This document shows positions 57,312 to 64,000 of a stretch of 64,000 bases of DNA, piece by piece. The translations under genes were made by a program, and so were the position numbers. The notes under the pieces were generated by a model, which saw only the letters and a program-made list of their open reading frames with translations, did no database searches and was not told the DNA's origin. Location: IMG/VR virus record IMGVR_UViG_3300037424_001372, positions 204,837 to 268,836 of that record; one strand, given 5' to 3'. Position 1 is the first letter of the stretch; every line of letters starts with the position of its first letter. Source of the stretch: a virus (lineage: Duplodnaviria; Heunggongvirae; Uroviricota; Caudoviricetes).

Positions 57312-57728
57312 TCAAGGTTTCCAATTTGGTGGGTGTTTATTAAACTTATTAAAGTATTCTGCATCAAGTTCATCTAATAATCTAAAACATCTATTTTTCA
57401 ATATTGAATATGGATGGTGTAAACTATCATAATGGTCAAGCCATATCTTTTTACATAATTCAGGTGCTTTAATATACTTCATCTTATACATTTCCTCAAG
57501 TTCATTTTCAATATCGAAAACAGACATTGAGAGTCTTCCAACATAATCAAGTATTTTAATGATATGTTCATAATACCTTAAATGCAGTTCATTGTTGATT
57601 GATTTTTGTTCTTTAATTATTAATAATTCCTCTTTAAATTTTTCAATGACTTCTTCTGCCTCAAACAATTCATTTTCGTGATTAGGTAGGTTAAAGTCGT
57701 GTACAATGTAGTTTTCTTTATATAGCAT
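57312..57728 (-). CDS. hypothetical protein
   Basis: 138-aa ORF. Confidence 0.45.
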   Translation of the reverse strand: MLYKENYIVHDFNLPNHENELFEAEEVIEKFKEELLIIKEQKSINNELHLRYYEHIIKILDYVGRLSMSVFDIENELEEMYKMKYIKAPELCKKIWLDHYDSLHHPYSILKNRCFRLLDELDAEYFNKFNKHPPNWKP

Positions 57729-57812
57729 GTGACTTGGTATTAGTTATTATTGGGTTATTTTTTAATATTCTGGACATTATCTTATTGTTCATATGAATAA
57801 TTTTTAGATTCA

Positions 57813-58268
57813 TTATTTTAAATCGTAAACAGTAACATCTACCTCTACAACTTCTTTAATAATTGATTCAATAACATTCCAATCTCCACCACTTAAACCT
57901 GCCCCAAATCTGGGACAATGTATTGTTGCGTTATTCTTTTTAGCTTCCTCGTTAACTTTTTGTAAACAATTTTTAATTGCATCATATCTTACTGGTGGAA
58001 TACCGTTTATTGATCTAATATCATGTTGTCCAATCATATTAACTACAGTAATATCATTTTCTACAGGAACATATTGGACATTGCCCAAAATCATTTCTTC
58101 ATTGGACATTGCTCTATATGCTTTTTCAGGAGCAGCCCATTTTCTACTTAGCGATAATACGAAACCTGCGCCCCAACCACGAACATTATTACATATGTGC
58201 AATATGTATTTTTTTCCATCGCCTTGTGGATTTGTTGCATCACCAATTACATAAATTATTTTTTTCAT
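57813..58268 (-). CDS. macro-domain protein (ADP-ribose binding/hydrolase fold)
   Basis: IIYVIGDATNP...ILHICNNVRGWGAGFVLSL and ATIHCPRFGAGLSGGDWNVI fit macro-domain motifs. Confidence 0.5.
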   Translation of the reverse strand: MKKIIYVIGDATNPQGDGKKYILHICNNVRGWGAGFVLSLSRKWAAPEKAYRAMSNEEMILGNVQYVPVENDITVVNMIGQHDIRSINGIPPVRYDAIKNCLQKVNEEAKKNNATIHCPRFGAGLSGGDWNVIESIIKEVVEVDVTVYDLK

Positions 58269-58284
58269 GATATGTTATATTATA

Positions 58285-58824
58285 TTATAGTGTATCAATA
58301 TATTTATCAAATTTTTTAAGATGATTACTAATTGCCACAGATAATTCGAAAGCATCTACTTGACCAGTTGGTAATATATCATACAAATTATTTCTAATAT
58401 CAATAATTTCGTTCTTAATATCACGATTAATTAGTCTTATAATTTGATTTGATAGGGCATTACCACTATCTTTTTTCTGAATTGAAACAAGTACAATCTC
58501 TTCTGTTTCATTACCTTTATCATCTTTTTTTATTCTAACAATGGGTGTTGGGCTATACTTACGTACATTCTTACTTAATTTATAGTTTGAATTCGTGTTA
58601 TGTGACATCACAAAACCACCTACACATTTTTCTTTGAAAGAGCAACATTCTTCACGTTCAATCGCTTGTTCAATTTCCACAATAATGGCTCGATATGTGG
58701 CACTTGTTGTTAATAATCTTTCCTTTCTTAACATATCGTGCATACCACCATTATTTGTGTTCTTATCAATCAATTCATTAATTGATTTCAATTTCCTTTG
58801 ATAGTCATCTAATAATATTTTCAT
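58285..58824 (-). CDS. hypothetical protein
   Basis: 179-aa ORF. Confidence 0.45.
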   Translation of the reverse strand: MKILLDDYQRKLKSINELIDKNTNNGGMHDMLRKERLLTTSATYRAIIVEIEQAIEREECCSFKEKCVGGFVMSHNTNSNYKLSKNVRKYSPTPIVRIKKDDKGNETEEIVLVSIQKKDSGNALSNQIIRLINRDIKNEIIDIRNNLYDILPTGQVDAFELSVAISNHLKKFDKYIDTL

Positions 58825-58897
58825 GGTCGGATTTCAGTTGTATTTAATTTGCTCACACTTATCATTATAAATTGTAATTGTCGTTAAAAATCCCATT

Positions 58898-59161
58898 TTA
58901 TTTTAAATTTATTTTTTGGTTAAATAAATCGCCTTGTTGATATGGTGAAAGACTTTTGATATGTTTTTCAATACAGATTATCATTTGAAGATATTCTTCT
59001 ACATCATCATTAATTGGTGTCGCATTATTCACAAAAATAATATTGGGATATTTTTCGCTCAATTCTTTTGCTCTTTTGATGATACGATTATCAAGGGCAT
59101 TTAGTTTATTCACCAACTCCTTACGTTCATTAGTAAGTTCATTACCTGATTTTCTACTCAT
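58898..59161 (-). CDS. hypothetical protein
   Basis: 87-aa ORF. Confidence 0.4.
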   Translation of the reverse strand: MSRKSGNELTNERKELVNKLNALDNRIIKRAKELSEKYPNIIFVNNATPINDDVEEYLQMIICIEKHIKSLSPYQQGDLFNQKINLK

Positions 59162-59167
59162 AATTTA

Positions 59168-59524
59168 TTAGTATAATTCAGTATGAGCTAAATAAAATTC
59201 GGCAAAATTAACTGCAAATTGCCAAACGATTTCAATATTTTCGCTAATCGGAAGTTTAATTACACAATTGACTCTAATTTCATCAACACTGTAATCTGCA
59301 CTTGATTTATGTGGAATGACTTTTTTAATTTTTTGAATCACAGACATCAATTCATTCCAATCAGATTGATATTTAAATTCTGATATATCTAACCTTTGAC
59401 CACTACTAACAATAACTGTATCGTTTTGAACATCATTGCCCATAAATTCACAAAGAATTTTGTTCTTATCGTTATAATAATCTAATGATTCTTTCATGTT
59501 AAAGTGTTTTTTAGTTTGTTTCAA
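59168..59524 (-). CDS. hypothetical protein
   Basis: 118-aa ORF. Confidence 0.45.
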   Translation of the reverse strand: MKQTKKHFNMKESLDYYNDKNKILCEFMGNDVQNDTVIVSSGQRLDISEFKYQSDWNELMSVIQKIKKVIPHKSSADYSVDEIRVNCVIKLPISENIEIVWQFAVNFAEFYLAHTELY

Positions 59525-59738
59525 TATAATCTTTTATTAAAAAACTGATTTGTTGTAGTTCATCCTTTAAATTAGTATCATAAATAATCTTATTATATAA
59601 TAAAATATAATCATCATCAAATGTTATAATAATATCAACATTAATATCAACATTTCTTAATTTTTCAATATCAAAATTATTTTCCAACATAATAATTAAT
59701 TTTTATGATATTTATCTTTATAAAAAACTTTTATATTT

Positions 59739-59987
59739 TTATCGATTAAACAACCTTTTAAAAAAATTCTTTTTAATTATTTTAGGATTATCAATGTCAT
59801 ACCATTTATTAAATAATTCGTTCAATTTATTAGCATCAACAACATTCATTGATAATCTAATGTACATTTCATCATTTCCAACATTACATGGATTTTGTAA
59901 AAATCTTGTTGTTGGTAAATAATTTTTAATAAAAGTTTTTAGTTCATGTAATCTATGTGATTTAATGTAAAACGATTCTTGTACCAT
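59739..59987 (-). CDS. hypothetical protein
   Basis: 82-aa ORF. Confidence 0.35.
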   Translation of the reverse strand: MVQESFYIKSHRLHELKTFIKNYLPTTRFLQNPCNVGNDEMYIRLSMNVVDANKLNELFNKWYDIDNPKIIKKNFFKRLFNR

Positions 59988-60036
59988 GTGCTTAATTTAA
60001 TTCGTGTTAAAATTCTACGATAAATTATCATAATTG

Positions 60037-60345
60037 TTACATATCACGGGTTTTAATCCCCAATAAATTTGCAATTTCATATTGTTTTTGTATGAAAGTA
60101 TTTAAATTACAATCAGTATCAAATTCAAAAAAATCTGATAATAAATTATAGTCGTCACCACAATAATCAATATTTATGGTAGGTTCATCATGAGATGAAC
60201 TATTTGAGAAAGATAATTGTAAACAATATTCAATATTTTCGCTATATCCTTCTTTACCAATATCACATCTTTCAACTAAAATTTCTTCTGGGGTTAAATC
60301 TAAGGTAGTTGGAAGAATAACGTCTAAAGAAATTGGCTTTTTCAT
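60037..60345 (-). CDS. hypothetical acidic protein
   Basis: 102-aa ORF. Confidence 0.4.
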   Translation of the reverse strand: MKKPISLDVILPTTLDLTPEEILVERCDIGKEGYSENIEYCLQLSFSNSSSHDEPTINIDYCGDDYNLLSDFFEFDTDCNLNTFIQKQYEIANLLGIKTRDM

Positions 60346-60418
60346 TTTAATTATGATTTTAATTGTTTAAATATCTAAAGAAATTGATTTTTTATTTAAA
60401 AAAACCGAAATTGTGAAA

Positions 60419-61189
60419 TCAATTTAATTTATCTGTCATTTCATAAACTTTTTTCATGCATTTATGACACATAGTTGTTACTGTAAATAATCCTTCGCCT
60501 CTTATGTCATAAAGCTTTTCATTACCCATGCAAAAATTACATTGAGAATAGATTTTTGTATTTTTCTCAACAATTAATTTAGGTGTTTCAAACATAACGG
60601 GTTTAGGATTTTCACAAATAACTTTTTTTTCGATCATATCTTTTAATTTAATTTGAGCTCTATTGATTTTAGATAGGTGAGTATAGTAATTATCACCTCC
60701 TTTACGTTTCAAATTAACATTAATAAATTCTGGTAATTTACCATGTTGATTATAATGAAAAGCTAAATATCGCATCGTTTCAGGAGCTATTTGCGGCAAA
60801 TAAACCCCATCAAAATGACTTTGAAATGGTTCTAAAGGCAATTTATTTGTATGTGCAAATACCTTATGTATTTTAGAATGTGTCGTCTTATCGGTAGCAG
60901 TAATTAAACAAATATTCCTTTCTCTTTGTTCGACAATCATTAAGCACTGATACAACTTCAATAAATTATTGTTTGTAGAAATAAAATATTCATTAGGATT
61001 AATTAAATTAGAATTAAATGCATCATCACTAATTAATGCAATGTGGAATACATCATATCTCGTTGCAAATCTACGGGCTTCAGCATCGGTATGGAATTGT
61101 TTTAATTTTAAATGTTTATCCAATCCAATACAAAAATGATTAACATCATTAGATGTTGCGGGAATTAATATTGGTTTTAATTGTTGCAT
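60419..61189 (-). CDS. hypothetical protein with C-terminal Cys cluster
   Basis: 256-aa ORF. CNFCMG...CHKC. Confidence 0.45.
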   Translation of the reverse strand: MQQLKPILIPATSNDVNHFCIGLDKHLKLKQFHTDAEARRFATRYDVFHIALISDDAFNSNLINPNEYFISTNNNLLKLYQCLMIVEQRERNICLITATDKTTHSKIHKVFAHTNKLPLEPFQSHFDGVYLPQIAPETMRYLAFHYNQHGKLPEFINVNLKRKGGDNYYTHLSKINRAQIKLKDMIEKKVICENPKPVMFETPKLIVEKNTKIYSQCNFCMGNEKLYDIRGEGLFTVTTMCHKCMKKVYEMTDKLN

Positions 61190-61281
61190 GTTAATTGTTT
61201 TATTAATATTACGAAATAATCCCTTGTAATGTTACAAGGGATTGCTCACTTTAAATACACGAGATGGTGATATTAAACTAT

Positions 61282-61857
61282 TTAATCCAAGGAATTGAAT
61301 TTAAATTCTAAATCGCGACAATCTACTTTTTCTTCAACTCCGTTAGGTTTTTTTATTAATACTGAATGAAAATAATCCGGTGAATCAATTCCTTCCGAAT
61401 CGTAATTTGTTTTAATTATCTCAACACTTTCACCATCAAACAATGCTGTTTTATGCATGATTTGAGAATTGTATTCAATTTTATATGTGTCTTTAATTTC
61501 AGCATCAAGACCTTCAAGTAGTTCATATTCAGTCGCATCATCGTTTATAAGCGAACGTAAATAATCTTTGACTTTAATAGCGATTTCTTGTGATACGAAA
61601 CCAAAATCTTCGTGATATTTTCTACCTACTTGATGTGATAATGCAACAAATTCACCATCAAGAAAATATGCCCTAATTCCAACATAACTATCGGTACAGT
61701 AATGAACTTTAATAAAATAAGCCGTTAATCGTTCATCATCAGAGTCAATAAAATTAAATAAATCAAAAACACGACCAAGACCTTCCCAATCAGGAGTTAT
61801 TTTTAATTTAGTATTGTTGAAATCTATTTCACCAATAAGTTTTCTGAATGTTGTCAT
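61282..61857 (-). CDS. hypothetical protein
   Basis: 191-aa ORF. Confidence 0.45.
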   Translation of the reverse strand: MTTFRKLIGEIDFNNTKLKITPDWEGLGRVFDLFNFIDSDDERLTAYFIKVHYCTDSYVGIRAYFLDGEFVALSHQVGRKYHEDFGFVSQEIAIKVKDYLRSLINDDATEYELLEGLDAEIKDTYKIEYNSQIMHKTALFDGESVEIIKTNYDSEGIDSPDYFHSVLIKKPNGVEEKVDCRDLEFKFNSLD

Positions 61858-61945
61858 AAGATGATTATTAAAAATTTTGAAGTGTATTTATATCAATCTA
61901 AAATCTACTTCTTCTTATTTCTACTAATTACTAAAATCAAATGTT

Positions 61946-62137
61946 TTATAATATGAAATTTATTGAATATCTAAGAAATTGACGAATGATTGGATAACCA
62001 ACGCTAATTATTGTTGCAATCAAAACTATTCGAAAATATTTATTTCTGATTTTAAGATATAATTTCTTATATAAAAACCAGCTAATAATGACCATTATAA
62101 AAACTGTCACAATTCTGACTAAATTATAATTTTCCAT
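61946..62137 (-). CDS. small membrane protein
   Basis: 63 aa with two TM helices. Confidence 0.35.
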   Translation of the reverse strand: MENYNLVRIVTVFIMVIISWFLYKKLYLKIRNKYFRIVLIATIISVGYPIIRQFLRYSINFIL

Positions 62138-62189
62138 ATCACTCTATTATTTTTTTCATATTCTACGAAAAACTTGTTTAATTGTTACA

Positions 62190-62218
62190 AAAAAAAGAGG
62201 TTGCTAACCTCTTTTTAA
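62190..62218 (-). terminator. rho-independent terminator
   Basis: AAAAAGAGGTT-gct-AACCTCTTTTT immediately 3' of the exon-2 stop. Confidence 0.6.
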
Positions 62219-62223
62219 TCTTT

Positions 62224-62590
62224 CTAGTCTTTCACACGTTCCATTTGTTTGGATAGTGGATTGAAACGTCTTTGAATGCCTACGTAGTAAATACCTTTAG
62301 GAATTACAGAACTCCTATGGTCACGCATGGGCAATTCTAGTGGCTTTCTCCAAGCATCATCGGTTAATAAATTCTTGTCTGTGTGATTTAAAACACAATC
62401 TTCATGTACGTCAATAACAAAACCATCGTCATAAGAATACATGTCATAGTTACCTGATAAGGCATGAACGTTTCCGGTTTTTTCAGATGCAGCAATAAAC
62501 TGTTTATCGGCTTTTACTGCGTTTGAAGGGATTGTATCAATGGTAAACCACTGCGTGTCCAATAAGTCAATATTAACCGTCACATTAATA
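62224..62590 (-). CDS. 3' exon of an intron-interrupted gene (product unidentified)
   Basis: Frame opens just after the predicted intron 3' end and continues to the stop at 62224. The annotated first codon is GTG, not ATG. Confidence 0.5.
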
Positions 62591-63870
62591 TCCGTTTATA
62601 AAAAACTGCTGATTATCACTAATCAGATAAGACTATATCTTCAACCTAATATTTTTATAGGCAGCTCCCCATTTCCACTACCATTAAATGACTTGTAGTG
62701 TACACCCCATCACAGGTTAGTCGTTGAACCTTCACCCAATATGTTAAATTGGCTATTTAATTTTGTAAATAGAGAATCGACTGTTTACGATTCAAGTTTG
62801 GCTGCTGATTGACTAATACCGTGGTTTATAGTATTAGTGTTTCCAGCAATTAAAGGAGTTTTTCGATATGTGTTACCACATAAAGGGGCAATCATTTACC
62901 CTGATGTCCGATTTGATTTAAAATTTTCATAATTTTCATAATTTAAAGTTAATTTATTTCTTTTATCTCCTTCATTATATTTACAAATAATATTGTTTTC
63001 AATATAATAATTTTGTATTTTAATTTTAATTTTTTGGTATTCATTATATTTACGCTCTAAATAAACATTAGAATTTTGATAAATAATATCAAGAATTAGT
63101 TTACTTATTTGTTGCGGGAATCTTATTGCATTATTTACTGAATCATCATTATTTCTTATTTCATAATATTGGGGTATTAATAAATAATCTAAATATTTTA
63201 AAAATTCATTATATGTGTTATAATTAAAACACATGATTAAATTAGATGTATTAATATGTCCATCACCATCAATATAACCTCTCCAAAAATCCTTATGTAA
63301 ATCATATGGTATTTTACTTAAATCAGCAAATTGACCACAATATGTTTTATTGGAAATTATATTTAATTCATTTAGTTGTTCTTTTATGGATTTACTACTA
63401 AATCTTAATAAACATGTTTTATTATATTTTCCTTTTCTTAGACGTTTTCTGAATTTTATTTCAGTATCCACACCAATAAATTCTTTAAATTTATTTAAAT
63501 GTGAGACATCTTTTATTGATAATTCTAATAATATTTCATTCTTTACAATAGAACCATCTGCCATGAAAAAACCAATCCAATATGCTTTAAACTCAGTATC
63601 AATTATTTTGAAAATATCTGAAATAAAACCTGTTTTTATTTTGCTTTTATATTCAGGATATTTTTTATTAATTATCCCACTTAAAGAACTACCTTTTTTT
63701 CTTAATGTTTTACCACTAATTAATGGAGAAATATTTAATTTATCAATTATTTGAGAATATGACATTCCCTCGTCTCTTAAACGGAGAATGTCATATAAAT
63801 AAGATTCTATATTAGATGTCTTAAACATTTGACAAAATTAATAAAATTCTTTTAATAATCCAATCAATTA
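62591..63870 (-). ncRNA. group I self-splicing intron (boundaries approximate) carrying a LAGLIDADG homing endonuclease ORF
   Basis: On the minus strand, in order: P-like AATTGCTGGAAA, Q-like AATCAGCAGC, R GGTTCAACGACTAA and S AAGATATAGTC (P7 GACTA/TAGTC), then a P9 hairpin CTGATTA-gtga-TAATCAG. Confidence 0.7.
62896..63828 (-). CDS. LAGLIDADG homing endonuclease (two-motif, monomeric type), intron-encoded
   Basis: Motifs WIGFFMADGSI and WRGYIDGDGHI. Confidence 0.8.
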   Translation of the reverse strand: MFKTSNIESYLYDILRLRDEGMSYSQIIDKLNISPLISGKTLRKKGSSLSGIINKKYPEYKSKIKTGFISDIFKIIDTEFKAYWIGFFMADGSIVKNEILLELSIKDVSHLNKFKEFIGVDTEIKFRKRLRKGKYNKTCLLRFSSKSIKEQLNELNIISNKTYCGQFADLSKIPYDLHKDFWRGYIDGDGHINTSNLIMCFNYNTYNEFLKYLDYLLIPQYYEIRNNDDSVNNAIRFPQQISKLILDIIYQNSNVYLERKYNEYQKIKIKIQNYYIENNIICKYNEGDKRNKLTLNYENYENFKSNRTSG

Positions 63871-64000
63871 TTGAAAGAATTAAAATCATATTTCAATTCT
63901 ATTGGTATTGATTGTGGACGATGGAATTTGCACGCTTCAATAGCATCTTTGAAATGTGCTGATGTAGCGATTAAATATTTACTTCCTGTAGAAGGACAGG
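63848..64000 (-). CDS. 5' exon fragment of the intron-interrupted gene (continues beyond the window)
   Basis: Minus-strand frame ...PSTGSKYLIATSAHFKDAIEACKFHRPQSIPIELKYDF is open to the window edge. The exact 5' splice site was not determined. Confidence 0.35.

Noticed and set aside
973-58801. Short antisense track ORFs embedded in longer genes (973..1200, 4642..4842, 5029..5256, 6009..6221, 7458..7658, 8456..8695, 15667..15855, 16242..16568, 17003..17431, 17733..18017, 19646..20170, 20896..21174, 27026..27268, 27618..27842, 30126..30398, 32056..32244, 35782..36393, 40529..40720, 43435..43647, 50785..50985, 52154..52501, 53065..53250, 53737..53940, 56744..56974, 58595..58801, 63350..63754)
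   Set aside because: They have the low-complexity I/L/F/K-rich composition expected from random frames in AT-rich DNA, and they overlap well-supported genes on the opposite strand or in another frame.
1-64000. Giant-virus (Mimiviridae-like) origin, suggested by low GC, IS607 tnpA/tnpB elements, intron with homing endonuclease, and intergenic palindromes
   Set aside because: Terminator hairpins carry U-tails like bacterial intrinsic terminators. Several lipobox lipoproteins, YopX-family genes, RHH regulators and ATGA start/stop overlaps point to a bacteriophage. No NCLDV core gene is visible in this window.
1-64000. CRISPR array
   Set aside because: No series of regularly spaced identical direct repeats anywhere. 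The only tandem repeat is a trivial AT-rich duplication near 23560..23610.

Overview
This is an AT-rich (about 25% GC), very gene-dense window. Long co-directional gene blocks (+ 160..10592; - 10879..15928; + 16110..29418; - 37592..64000) are separated by convergent, U-tailed rho-independent hairpin terminators. Its most likely origin is a large lytic dsDNA phage of a low-GC, probably Bacteroidota-like, host. The evidence for this is the absence of Shine-Dalgarno sequences, three lipobox lipoproteins and a TTTG-N19-TAnnTTTG promoter motif. A giant-virus origin was considered and is less likely. The recognisable content falls into five groups. Nucleotide metabolism includes a 5'-truncated dCMP deaminase, DHFR, a divergent short adenylosuccinate-synthetase homolog, two MazG-like NTP pyrophosphatases, two HD-domain hydrolases and P-loop kinases. 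DNA enzymes include a Dda/RecD-like SF1B helicase and two tandem DEDDh exonucleases. Cell-wall enzymes include an active and a degenerate Amidase_2 protein and a 3D/MltA-like protein. Further genes of interest include NADAR and macro-domain proteins, a frameshifted Thg1-like protein, a vWA protein with a Cys-rich peptide, and an RHH-RHH-nuclease operon. Mobile DNA comprises four IS607/IS605-type TnpB genes in two sequence classes (two with a MerR-HTH serine recombinase TnpA), plus a roughly 230-bp miniature derivative and nested end remnants. Several insertions visibly truncate neighbouring genes. A group I intron carrying a LAGLIDADG homing endonuclease, with canonical P/Q/R/S elements, interrupts a minus-strand gene at 62.6-63.9 kb. 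There is also a pseudogenised AP2-domain remnant. No tRNA, rRNA or CRISPR array was found. The most interesting hypothesis is that the short PurA homolog, the MazG-like genes and the HD-domain genes form a PurZ/MazZ/DatZ-like 2-aminoadenine (Z-genome) pathway. This needs residue-level alignment and experimental checks.
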